The notes beneath the pieces were generated by a model. The model did not search any database. It was not told where the DNA came from and saw only the letters and a list, made by a program, of their open reading frames with translations. Both the position numbers and the translations under genes were made by a program. DNA of 64,000 nucleotides from a virus, in IMG/VR virus record IMGVR_UViG_3300046170_000478, positions 30,028-94,027 of that record, one strand, 5' to 3'. This document shows positions 37,442 to 46,486 of this stretch, piece after piece; the stretch's first letter is position 1, and each line of letters opens with the position of its first letter.

Positions 37442-39085
37442 ATGACTGAATACTATTGGCTAAATGAAGATTCAAGGATTTTCCTTGAAAGGGGCTATTT
37501 AAAAGGAGAAACTCCAGAAGAAAGGATTGAAGATATAGCTAATACCGCCCAAGGATATTTGGGTATTGAGGGATTTTCTGATAAATTCATTTCTTATATG
37601 AAGAAAGGGTTTTATTCTCTCGCTTCTCCTGTTTGGTCTAATTTCGGGAGGAAGAGGGGTCTCCCTATTTCTTGTAATGGGGTATATGTTCCTGACAGAA
37701 TGGATGGAATTTTGTCAAAGCAAAGTGAGGTTGGAATGCAAACCAAACACGGTTCTGGGACTTCAGCTTATTTTGGAGAACTCCGTGGTAGGGGAGCTAA
37801 AATAAATTCAGGTGGGGAATCTTCTGGGGCAGTTCATTTTATGGAACTTTTTGATAAGGTGGCAGCTGTAGTTTCTCAAGGTAATGTCCGTAGGGGTTCT
37901 TTCGCTGCTTATTTACCTATTGATCATCCTGATATCAAAGAATTTTTGCGTATAAGGAGTGAGGGTAATGCAATCCAAGAGATGTCTTTTGGGATTACTG
38001 TCGGAGATGATTGGATGAAATCTATGATTGATGGAGATTCAGATAAGCGTCAGATCTGGGCTTCAGTGATTAAGAAAAGGTTTGAAACGGGATATCCATA
38101 TTTATTTTTCAAAGATACTGCTAATAATCAAGCCCCAGACTGTTACAAGGATCATGCGATGGAGATATTCGCTTCTAATCTTTGTAATGAGATAAGCCTT
38201 CCTTCAAAAGAAGATGAATCTTTTGTTTGTTGCTTATCTTCCCTTAATCTAGTCCAATGGGATGAAATTATTAAAACTGATGCCATTGAGATTTTGACTA
38301 TGTTTCTCGATGCGGTAATGGAAGAGTATATTATTAAAACTAAAGATATTCCATTTATGGAATCTTCCCATAATTTCGCTAAACGGCACAGGGCTTTAGG
38401 CATGGGAGTCCTTGGTTGGCACTCTTACCTACAGAGCAAGAGTATTAGTTTTGAAAGCATGGAGGCTAAGCTGGCTAATAGCTCTATATTCAAAAAGATT
38501 AGAGAATCTAGTGATAAAGCAACAGGGGATCTTTTTAACATTTTAGGCGGTCCTTTGTATGCTAAAGATTACGGTCGCAGAAATACAACTACTCTAGCTA
38601 TAGCTCCGACAACCAGTAGTTCTTTTATTTTGGGTCAAGTGTCTCCTTCTATTGAACCCTTGAATTCAAATTACTTTGTTAAGAATTTGGCTAAGGGCAA
38701 ATTTACTTACAAGAACCCTTACTTAAAAAATGTATTACGAGAGTATGGGAAAGATAATGACGAAGTCTGGTTGAGTATCCTTAAAACAGGAGGATCTGTT
38801 CAAAATTTGAATTTTATGTCTGATGATGATAAGGATATATTTAAGACATTTGAAGAGATTTCTCAGAAAGAAGTCGTTATTCAAGCTTCCCAGAGGCAGA
38901 AATATTTAGATCAAGGCCAATCTTTGAATTTGATGATACCCCCAAACACTCCTGCTAGAGAAGTTAATCAACTTATGATTTATGCTTGGCAAAATGGAGT
39001 GAAAGGCTTGTACTACCAAAGGAGTGCTAATCCGAGTCAAGAACTTTCAAGGTCTTTGATGGAATGTAAATCTTGCGAGGGTTAA
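37442..39085 (+). CDS. nrdA: ribonucleotide reductase alpha subunit (no ATP cone)
   Basis: PISC, SNLCNEI, CCLSS, AIAPT, DQGQSLN, KGLYY and C-terminal CKSCEG. Confidence 0.95.
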   Translation: MTEYYWLNEDSRIFLERGYLKGETPEERIEDIANTAQGYLGIEGFSDKFISYMKKGFYSLASPVWSNFGRKRGLPISCNGVYVPDRMDGILSKQSEVGMQTKHGSGTSAYFGELRGRGAKINSGGESSGAVHFMELFDKVAAVVSQGNVRRGSFAAYLPIDHPDIKEFLRIRSEGNAIQEMSFGITVGDDWMKSMIDGDSDKRQIWASVIKKRFETGYPYLFFKDTANNQAPDCYKDHAMEIFASNLCNEISLPSKEDESFVCCLSSLNLVQWDEIIKTDAIEILTMFLDAVMEEYIIKTKDIPFMESSHNFAKRHRALGMGVLGWHSYLQSKSISFESMEAKLANSSIFKKIRESSDKATGDLFNILGGPLYAKDYGRRNTTTLAIAPTTSSSFILGQVSPSIEPLNSNYFVKNLAKGKFTYKNPYLKNVLREYGKDNDEVWLSILKTGGSVQNLNFMSDDDKDIFKTFEEISQKEVVIQASQRQKYLDQGQSLNLMIPPNTPAREVNQLMIYAWQNGVKGLYYQRSANPSQELSRSLMECKSCEG

Positions 39086-39123
39086 ATTCCATTATATTTT
39101 TTTTAGTGTAGATAGTCATTACT

Positions 39124-39240
39124 ATGACTATTGCAGAACCTACAATTGAGAAGGAAGACATTGAAAATGTTGAATTAGAATATGATGAGACTTTAGCTTA
39201 CATCTTGGGCAAAATAAGCGAACATATTGCCGAAGATTAG
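39124..39240 (+). CDS. 38-aa acidic microprotein (not in ORF track)
   Basis: MTIAEPTIEKEDIENVELEYDETLAYILGKISEHIAED*. Preceded by GTGTAG (39106-39111) and fills the intergenic gap. Confidence 0.55.
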   Translation: MTIAEPTIEKEDIENVELEYDETLAYILGKISEHIAED

Positions 39241-39269
39241 TTGATTTTAGATAATTTCCTCAATACAAT
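39241..39269 (+). promoter_or_regulatory. sigma70-type promoter
   Basis: TTGATT-N17-TACAAT. Confidence 0.6.
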
Positions 39270-39274
39270 AAGGG

Positions 39275-39344
39275 AGGTCAAGGATTCTCCTCCTTGAGGT
39301 CATAGTAGCCTCTGGGTCTTTGTTTCCATAAGGCCCAGAGGTTT
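39275..39344 (+). ncRNA. candidate two-hairpin small RNA or structured leader
   Basis: TCAAGGA-TTCTCC-TCCTTGA hairpin, then CCTCTGGGTCTT-N9-AAGGCCCAGAGG-TTT. GC-rich island in an AT-rich genome. Confidence 0.45.
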
Positions 39345-40079
39345 ATGAAAAAATTACCCTTAAATTTGATTTTGTTTAGCACTACTATGGGTCATGGTGG
39401 TCGGCATACTTACAGCGATGTTATTGAAGATCTGTTTGAAAAAGTAGATCCTAATCTTTTCTCAAACAAGGTTTTACATTTAAAAACTAGAGACGAAGAG
39501 GAATCAGTAGCAGATAAAATAAAATCTTTCTGCTGTGTGTATGGTATAAGAGTCATCGAGACTAAAGAGTCGATTGTGCATCACAGTGAAAATCATTTGT
39601 CTCACTCTGCGGGTTACTTCAAAGACATTTATAAAGCGTATTCTGACAAAGAAATAAGGAAACAAAAATATTCTTTGTGGCTAGAAGATGATTGGTTAAT
39701 AAATTCAAAAATTTGTATAAATAAAGTTATTGAAGAATGTCTAGAATTTCTGGATAATAATCCAGACCAAATTTGTATTAGATTTAATGGGAGTGAAGAA
39801 TATGGCGCTCCAGATGGAGATTACAATAATGAGACTGGCAATATTTTAACTCAATCCATAAATTATACTCAATATGGGCCAACTTTTACTTTTCAACCTA
39901 ATATTAATAGGACTAATGAGATATTTATTGCGTGGAAGGCGGCTCAACAATACTTAGATAAACTTGGATCTTATCATTGTGAGCTAATGTCAGGAGATCT
40001 GTTGAAGCCTATGAGCAACAGTAATACTCCATTTTCATTCTTTAACCCTGAAAAACTTTACTCAGAACATATAGGATGA
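39345..40079 (+). CDS. GT-A fold (GT2-like) glycosyltransferase
   Basis: YSLWLEDDW motif, FTFQP and terminal EHIG. Confidence 0.6.
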   Translation: MKKLPLNLILFSTTMGHGGRHTYSDVIEDLFEKVDPNLFSNKVLHLKTRDEEESVADKIKSFCCVYGIRVIETKESIVHHSENHLSHSAGYFKDIYKAYSDKEIRKQKYSLWLEDDWLINSKICINKVIEECLEFLDNNPDQICIRFNGSEEYGAPDGDYNNETGNILTQSINYTQYGPTFTFQPNINRTNEIFIAWKAAQQYLDKLGSYHCELMSGDLLKPMSNSNTPFSFFNPEKLYSEHIG

Positions 40080-40918
40080 ATAAACTTTGGTTGATAGGTA
40101 TAACCACGGAAGGTCATAAACAAGATCTTCAAGAACTAATAGAACCAATCAAAAATCATTTTGATGGGCTTATCTGGACTTTTCATTACCCTAAGGATGA
40201 TGGAGCTGATTATTTAGAAAGCGTAAAAGGTCAGGGCGAAATAATTTATACCAAATGGTGTAATAGGTTGGACTTCAGCAGGAATCATTCATTATTTCAG
40301 AGTCGTATGGAAGTTGGCGATTGGTTCCTTACAATAGATACCTTAGAAAGACTTTCTCCAGATTTTACAGGAAGATTGAAAAGTATTTGTTCTCATTTGG
40401 ATTACTCGGGAGTTGATGGAGCTTATCTATATAATAAAAGACTTTTATTTAAACTTAATGAGCAAACAGCATTTGTAAACAATCCTCACGAAGGAATAGC
40501 GGGAGTGACAAAGACTATAGAGCTTTCCAAGCAATCTTTTTGGGAGGAAAGATATCAAAAAAACGTAAGAGCAGATAAAAGACAAGATCCATTATATTTC
40601 ATTAATCATAATTTTAAATATTATTTTTTCCCCAATACAAATCATTTATTGTTAGGTTTTGAGAATGATAAGGATCTAGTAAATAAAAGATACCAAAATA
40701 GATCCAAGCTTATTTCTCTGATTAAGAAGGAGGGCTTAAATCCTTTTTGCTTAGATTCTGTTGAACTATGTTTTAGGTATAGATTAAATAAAGAAATTAA
40801 AGAGTGTATTAGCTTTGATAAATTTTTAAACGATTGGTATAGATATAAAATCCTAGAACAGAAAGAGGGTTTTGTAGACAAGCACGATTTCTCAGTATTT
40901 GAACCCCTTTTTATATGA
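40076..40918 (+). CDS. GT2-like glycosyltransferase (degenerate DxD)
   Basis: DDGADYL, DFSRNHSL, DWFLTIDTLERL and NPHEG. Confidence 0.6.
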   Translation: MNKLWLIGITTEGHKQDLQELIEPIKNHFDGLIWTFHYPKDDGADYLESVKGQGEIIYTKWCNRLDFSRNHSLFQSRMEVGDWFLTIDTLERLSPDFTGRLKSICSHLDYSGVDGAYLYNKRLLFKLNEQTAFVNNPHEGIAGVTKTIELSKQSFWEERYQKNVRADKRQDPLYFINHNFKYYFFPNTNHLLLGFENDKDLVNKRYQNRSKLISLIKKEGLNPFCLDSVELCFRYRLNKEIKECISFDKFLNDWYRYKILEQKEGFVDKHDFSVFEPLFI

Positions 40919-41694
40919 TTTCTTTATATACTACTTTATTTAACATTTCTAGACTAAATATTGATTTTGACGATGTATTTTCTAATTGGCTCTACTATTG
41001 TGATGAAATTATTATTTCAACATTTAAAAAAGATGTCGGGGAGATTGAGCAAGAAATATCAAAAAGTAAATTTTATGATCCTCATAAAATAAAGATTATA
41101 TCAAAAGAATTAGATATAGAGGGGGATGTTTTCTGGGAGGGGAAATTAAAAAACGAAGGATTACAATTTTGTAAAAATAAAGTCGTCATTCAGTGTGATA
41201 TGGACGAGAGGATATCTGGCGAACCTATTCTTTTCCATTATTTATGTAATCACATTTTATCTCACGGTTCCCCTTGTAGCATTATGCTTCCTACCATTGA
41301 TCTTTACGAAGATTTAGATCATTATGTGAATGTTGGATACAAATGGTATTTGCATAGAAAAAAGGGAACTTATAGAGGTTCTGTTAAGTGGGCTAGAAAA
41401 GACAATGGAGATCTAGATCCTGAAAAAAGTGATACCTGCGAACTGATCGATAAAGATGCTAATTTAATATCCTGTATTGGCAAAGTTGATTTAGAAGATA
41501 ATGGTCCTAAAATTATCCATTTAGGTTACTTAGATTTGGAAGAAAGAAATAACGTTAATAAATTTTGGGGTAAAATCTGGAATCATAGATCTGAAGGAGA
41601 ATTTGACCCTAGTTTTCTTCCAGAGGAAGTTCAATCAGGAGACTCAAGAAAACAAAAACATAATTTAACTAAACCTTTATGGCCCAACTTATGA
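40915..41694 (+). CDS. GT2-like glycosyltransferase
   Basis: CDEIII, LKNEGLQFC, QCDMDERI and IIHLGY. Confidence 0.7.
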   Translation: MISLYTTLFNISRLNIDFDDVFSNWLYYCDEIIISTFKKDVGEIEQEISKSKFYDPHKIKIISKELDIEGDVFWEGKLKNEGLQFCKNKVVIQCDMDERISGEPILFHYLCNHILSHGSPCSIMLPTIDLYEDLDHYVNVGYKWYLHRKKGTYRGSVKWARKDNGDLDPEKSDTCELIDKDANLISCIGKVDLEDNGPKIIHLGYLDLEERNNVNKFWGKIWNHRSEGEFDPSFLPEEVQSGDSRKQKHNLTKPLWPNL

Positions 41695-42449
41695 AGAAAT
41701 ATGGTATAATCTATTGCGGCTTTAACACAGAGGACTACATCCTAAGATCTATTGAACCGTTTTTAAGTAGGGAAAATTATTTTGTTTCCGCAGTGTCTGT
41801 CCCTTTTAAAGAGTATAAAGATATAGATGAACTTGAGGATAATAGTACTAATATATTAAGAGATTTGGTTATCCAAGGACGATTGAAAAGTTTAGTTGAT
41901 AAGCCTAAATATATCTTAGAGTCAGAGGCTAGGAATTTAGCCTTGGAAAAATTAAAAAAGCATGATTTAGATTACATTTGGTTGGTTGACTCAGACGAGT
42001 TTTACACCGAAAAAGATATTCAAAAAATTGAAGATTATGTCGAGTCAAGTGATAAAAATTTATTTAAAATATCGTTTAAAAATCACGTTTTTGATATAGA
42101 TCATTATTTAGAAGAACCCTTTTGTCCTCCAAGAATTTTTAAAACAAGAATTAATGATATGCTTGATTTAGAGGGGTTCTATTGGGACAATGATATTTCT
42201 TATTCTTGCTTCGGGAATCTAGTAAGATACAATGATATTGAACAATTAACGATTATACCTGAAGAGGTAGCTCTTATTAGTCACTTTACATGGCTTAATG
42301 ATAAAATAGGAAAGCGGAAAGTAGAATATCAACACAGGCATTTTGGTCATTGCGGGTATAAGTGGGATAAAGAGTCTAATACTATTGAATTTGATGAAGA
42401 ATTCCACAAAATTCACAACATACCTATTCCAAAAGTTAAAAAAATATGA
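41691..42449 (+). CDS. GT2-like glycosyltransferase
   Basis: RNLALE, DYIWLVDSDEFY and HFTW. ATGA overlap gives start 41691. Confidence 0.7.
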   Translation: MKKYGIIYCGFNTEDYILRSIEPFLSRENYFVSAVSVPFKEYKDIDELEDNSTNILRDLVIQGRLKSLVDKPKYILESEARNLALEKLKKHDLDYIWLVDSDEFYTEKDIQKIEDYVESSDKNLFKISFKNHVFDIDHYLEEPFCPPRIFKTRINDMLDLEGFYWDNDISYSCFGNLVRYNDIEQLTIIPEEVALISHFTWLNDKIGKRKVEYQHRHFGHCGYKWDKESNTIEFDEEFHKIHNIPIPKVKKI

Positions 42450-43228
42450 AAGCAGTATCTCCAGAATGTAGATTAATAATCGACACTCAAAATATGAATA
42501 AGTATAACTTTTTAAAAAAGTTGATTTATCCTCATAGACTTCTTAATTTAAATAAACATAGATATGGAGGTAGTGAAGATGGCAGTTATGTTTTCGTAAA
42601 AGAAGTGTTTGAAAGTTCTAAAAACGTATACTCTTATGGAATCGGTTCAGACGTTTCTTTTGATAAGTGTTGTGCTGAAATGGGTAAAAAGGTATTTATG
42701 TATGATGCCTCGATAGAAGAACTTCCAGAGTTTCATAGTAAGTTTAATTTTAAAAAACAATTCTTATTATCTGGATTAATCAAAGATCATATACTTGAAA
42801 ACGGTCATGGAGAAGGAGATACAGATATGATTTTGAAAATGGATATTGAAGGGCATGAATATGATGTAATTAATAAAGATATTGATTTAATCAAAAAACA
42901 TTTTAATCAAATTTCTATAGAAATTCATGGATTGATAGAAGAAATTCCAGAAGGATGGGTAATAGATGATTTATTAAAAAAAATAAAGCCAGACAAGACT
43001 TTAAAAGAAACTTTTTTCAAGAATCTGTCAAAATACTATAATATTGTTCATATTCATGGCAATAATCACTCTTATAGATTTTTTGATTTTCCAGACTCAT
43101 TGGAAATAAGTTTTTTAAGGAAGGACTTCGCGACATTGGGGAAAGACAACATTTCATTTCCTGTTGACGGATTAGATTTTCCCAATTATGATATGGTGGA
43201 AGATTTTAAATTAGATTGGTGGATTTGA
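42446..43228 (+). CDS. FkbM-like SAM methyltransferase
   Basis: RYGGSEDGSY, YSYGIGSDVSFD, LKMDIEGHE, QISIEIH and HIHGNN. Confidence 0.75.
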   Translation: MKAVSPECRLIIDTQNMNKYNFLKKLIYPHRLLNLNKHRYGGSEDGSYVFVKEVFESSKNVYSYGIGSDVSFDKCCAEMGKKVFMYDASIEELPEFHSKFNFKKQFLLSGLIKDHILENGHGEGDTDMILKMDIEGHEYDVINKDIDLIKKHFNQISIEIHGLIEEIPEGWVIDDLLKKIKPDKTLKETFFKNLSKYYNIVHIHGNNHSYRFFDFPDSLEISFLRKDFATLGKDNISFPVDGLDFPNYDMVEDFKLDWWI

Positions 43229-43229
43229 A

Positions 43230-44264
43230 ATGAAAAAAATAATTATTACAGGTGTGACAGGTCAAGATGGTAGTTTTATGACTGACTATCTTTTGGAGAA
43301 TACAGAGCATACTATTATTGCGGGAGTACGCCGTCTTAGTGTCAAAAACCACGAGAATATTTCTCATCTTAAGGATAATGCTAGATTTAAATTAATTGAT
43401 CTTGATGTTGCAGACCAAGCAAATACAGATCTTGTGATTGCAGAAGAGAAGCCAGATTATTTTATTAACTTTGCTGCTAATTCTTTTGTCGGGGTTAGCT
43501 GGAAGATGCCAGTCAATCACATGGAAACGAATACAATGGCTGTTTTATACCAGTTGGAAGCTATAAGGAAGCATTGCCCTAATTGTCGTTATTATAATGC
43601 TGGCTCCTCAGAAGAGTTTGGGGACGTTTTATATTCTCCCCAGTCAGAACTTCATCCTCTGCGCCCAAGAAGCCCATATGGGGTTTCTAAGGCTAGCGCG
43701 AGGCATATGGTGAAAGTCTGGAGAGACTCTTACGACTTGTTTGCTGTACAGGGCTGGTTATTTAACCATGAAGGGACTCGTCGTGGTGAAGAGTTTGTCA
43801 CTCGTAAGATCACAAAAAATGTAGCTCGCATTAAAAAAGAGTATATTTTAAATGATTTTAAACCTCTTGAGTTAGGGAATATCGATGCAAAAAGAGATTG
43901 GAGTGATTCCGAGGACTTTGTAGAAGGCATTTGGCTAATGCTGAATCAAGAAGAGCCTAAGGAATATGTTCTATCCTCTAATGAAACTCATACTATTAGA
44001 GAGTTCGTAGAACAAGCGTTTAACTTCGCTGGATTCGCTGTAGAAGAGTGCAAGTGGGTTGGAAAGGGTGTGGAGGAAAAATATTTACATGAAGGTCGGA
44101 CCCTAATGAAAATTAATCCAGATTTCTATCGACCCGCTGAAGTAGAAGTTCTTTGGGGGGATTCTTCTGAGGCTAGAAGACACTTGGGTTGGAAGCCCAA
44201 AACAGACTTTATTGGTCTCGTAAGAAAAATGGTTGACAATGATTTGAAGTTGAGTATGGTTTAA
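43230..44264 (+). CDS. gmd: GDP-mannose 4,6-dehydratase
   Basis: ITGVTGQDGS, SSEEFG, PRSPYGVSK, LFNHE..RRGEEFVTRKIT, LGNIDAKRDW and FYRPAEV. Confidence 0.93.
   Translation: MKKIIITGVTGQDGSFMTDYLLENTEHTIIAGVRRLSVKNHENISHLKDNARFKLIDLDVADQANTDLVIAEEKPDYFINFAANSFVGVSWKMPVNHMETNTMAVLYQLEAIRKHCPNCRYYNAGSSEEFGDVLYSPQSELHPLRPRSPYGVSKASARHMVKVWRDSYDLFAVQGWLFNHEGTRRGEEFVTRKITKNVARIKKEYILNDFKPLELGNIDAKRDWSDSEDFVEGIWLMLNQEEPKEYVLSSNETHTIREFVEQAFNFAGFAVEECKWVGKGVEEKYLHEGRTLMKINPDFYRPAEVEVLWGDSSEARRHLGWKPKTDFIGLVRKMVDNDLKLSMV
44233..44260 (+). promoter_or_regulatory. sigma70-type promoter, leaderless, for the replication operon
   Basis: TTGACA-N16-TATGGT, ending 7 nt before ATG 44268. Confidence 0.55.
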
Positions 44265-44267
44265 TCC

Positions 44268-44711
44268 ATGCCTAGAGGTAAAAAGACCTGTCCTTTATGT
44301 AGTGTCCTAGTTGGAGCTAGAGCAGTCTCATGTGAATGTGGTTACATATTTAAGCCTACCAAGAAGAAGGCTCCGAAACCTTTTTTTAAAGATCGGAGAG
44401 ACTTTGTGAAAAGAATGTTGGGTGGCTCTAAGGCTACAGATTGGCGCATGGAGATGCATGCAGCAACGACAGTCTTTAATCAATTTAATAACGATCTAGA
44501 TTTTTTAGAGAAGGTGAAACCGCCGTTTGTATTTAAAAATACAATAAAATACTTTTTAACTAGAGAAGGCAAGGAGTATTTACTTAAGAAACATAAGGAA
44601 TTTTATTATAAGCCTCCAGATAAGGATAAATTTATTGACACGAAGGAGAAAGCGGGAGAAGATATCTTAGAGACGAAGAAGAAAACCTTAAAAGATTTTT
44701 TAAATGAGTAA
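44268..44711 (+). CDS. zinc-ribbon protein
   Basis: CPLC...CECGYIF at the N-terminus. Confidence 0.55.
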   Translation: MPRGKKTCPLCSVLVGARAVSCECGYIFKPTKKKAPKPFFKDRRDFVKRMLGGSKATDWRMEMHAATTVFNQFNNDLDFLEKVKPPFVFKNTIKYFLTREGKEYLLKKHKEFYYKPPDKDKFIDTKEKAGEDILETKKKTLKDFLNE

Positions 44712-45843
44712 AAAGAAGAGCAAGAACTTAAATAGTTCAAAGGAATATACAGAAGCATACTTTAAGTCAAACCAAGAGTATCACCTTAATTTTGAAGAAG
44801 CTGCTGAGCAATATCTTGTGTCTAGCGGTTCTATGATTCTAGATAAGGTCTTGGGTGGAGGTCTTGGTTCGGGCTTGCATAGATTTATTGGAGCTAACGA
44901 GGGAGGGAAAACTAACGAAGCATTACATGTAATGCATAATATGATGAAGAGCGTGAAAAACTCAAAGGGGCTTTTTGTCATGGCCGAGGGTCGCCTCAGT
45001 GAAGACGTAAGAAATAGAGCAGGAATTAAATTTGTTAACAATCCAGAAGATTGGGTAACTGGAACTTGCTTGGTATGGGAGTGTAATATTACAGATACTG
45101 TGGTAGATTTTTTGAGGGGGTTATTGAAGAATAACCATGATCAAGAAAAGTTTTGTATCATAATCGATAGTATGGATGGTCTAATAAGCAAAGAAGATCT
45201 AGAAAAAAGCTCTTCTGACGCGAGAAAGGTCGCAGGAGGAGCATTGATGTGTTCTGATTTTTTAAGACGAGTTAGCTTAGGAATGAGTAAATTCGGGCAT
45301 ATGTGCATTATGATTTCTCAAGTTCGTAGCTCGATTAATGTTAGCCAATACGCTAAAGCAGATCCCAATAACCAAACGAACAGTAGTGGAGGAAATGCTA
45401 TTCTCCATTATCCAGATTGGATTCTCCAATTTTTGAAGCAAAACAAGTCTGACAAGATTTTAGAAAAACCTAATGAGCAGATAACTCCAGATAACAAGAT
45501 TTATGGACATCTTGCTAAGGTCGCTATTTTGAAATCAACAAATGAATCTACAGGTCAAGTAGTTAGTTACCCGATTAAACATGGACGAATGAACGGTAAA
45601 TCCATTTGGATAGAAAGGGAGATTGTAGAGATGTTACTTATGTGGGGTTATTTAGAAAAAGCTGGAGCTTGGATCAAGCTTGATGAAGAGCTGAAGGGAT
45701 ATCTTACTAGTAAAAAAATCGATTTCAAAGAGTCTTATCAGGGTAGCCGTGCGTTCTACGAGTTTTTAGAAAATGACGAAAAGGTGACTTCTTTGTTGTC
45801 GGAGTTTGTGAGAGATAATATTTTAAATAAAAAATTAGTATGA
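44704..45843 (+). CDS. RecA/UvsX-like recombinase
   Basis: SSGSMILDKVLGGG, GANEGGKT, IIDSM, ISQVR and SGGNAILHY. Confidence 0.88.
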   Translation: MSKKKSKNLNSSKEYTEAYFKSNQEYHLNFEEAAEQYLVSSGSMILDKVLGGGLGSGLHRFIGANEGGKTNEALHVMHNMMKSVKNSKGLFVMAEGRLSEDVRNRAGIKFVNNPEDWVTGTCLVWECNITDTVVDFLRGLLKNNHDQEKFCIIIDSMDGLISKEDLEKSSSDARKVAGGALMCSDFLRRVSLGMSKFGHMCIMISQVRSSINVSQYAKADPNNQTNSSGGNAILHYPDWILQFLKQNKSDKILEKPNEQITPDNKIYGHLAKVAILKSTNESTGQVVSYPIKHGRMNGKSIWIEREIVEMLLMWGYLEKAGAWIKLDEELKGYLTSKKIDFKESYQGSRAFYEFLENDEKVTSLLSEFVRDNILNKKLV

Positions 45844-46256
45844 CTTTTTTGTGTGCAAATGGTAGAGAGAAAAAAGTTAAAAATATCACTAAGTATCTGA
45901 TCGATTGGGATTCAGAGTGTAGGAGCGGTATACAAAAAAACGTAAAAAATAATATTAAACCATACTGGTTTGCAGATGTTGTTTTTGAAGAATTCCCTGT
46001 CGCAGGGACAAGAATGACTCTTGATTTTTTCAATGCCACTCAAAATATTGCGATTGAGGTTGATGGAAACCAACACTACAAGTATAACAAATTTTTTCAT
46101 TCTAATTCAAGGCAGAATTTCCTTCGTCAATTAAAAAGAGATGAGAATAAGGAATATTTTTGTGAGATTAATAATATAAAATTAATTAGAGTTCTAGAAT
46201 CAGAAATATTGGATTCTGAAGATTACCCAAATAATTTAATAAAACTTTTGAAATGA
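45840..46256 (+). CDS. DUF559/Vsr-like endonuclease
   Basis: EEFPV...LDFF...IAIEVDGNQH...RDENK...NIKLIRV. Confidence 0.75.
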   Translation: MTFLCANGREKKVKNITKYLIDWDSECRSGIQKNVKNNIKPYWFADVVFEEFPVAGTRMTLDFFNATQNIAIEVDGNQHYKYNKFFHSNSRQNFLRQLKRDENKEYFCEINNIKLIRVLESEILDSEDYPNNLIKLLK

Positions 46257-46486
46257 GCTACCTTGAAGAAGACCCTGCAAATAATATCCCTCAATCTTTA
46301 CTAGATAAGATTTATGACTCTACTGGATCTGTAAATGGCGGGAATAGGGGGTTTATGTTAATTTACGTCAATAAAGACGGATGCCCAACAGTTACTACTA
46401 AAACAGAAAATCCTTGTGTAGACATGGCTCTTAGCAAGTTGATAGAGATAGCCATGACAAAAAAAGACGACGATATTTCCATATGA
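46253..46486 (+). CDS. hypothetical protein
   Basis: ATGA-coupled on both sides. Confidence 0.6.
   Translation: MSYLEEDPANNIPQSLLDKIYDSTGSVNGGNRGFMLIYVNKDGCPTVTTKTENPCVDMALSKLIEIAMTKKDDDISI

Noticed and set aside
39345-44264. DNA hypermodification cluster
   Set aside because: No base hydroxymethylase, TET/JBP or nucleotide kinase partner is visible in this window, and the enzymes resemble surface-glycan GTs. It cannot be excluded for the rest of the genome.
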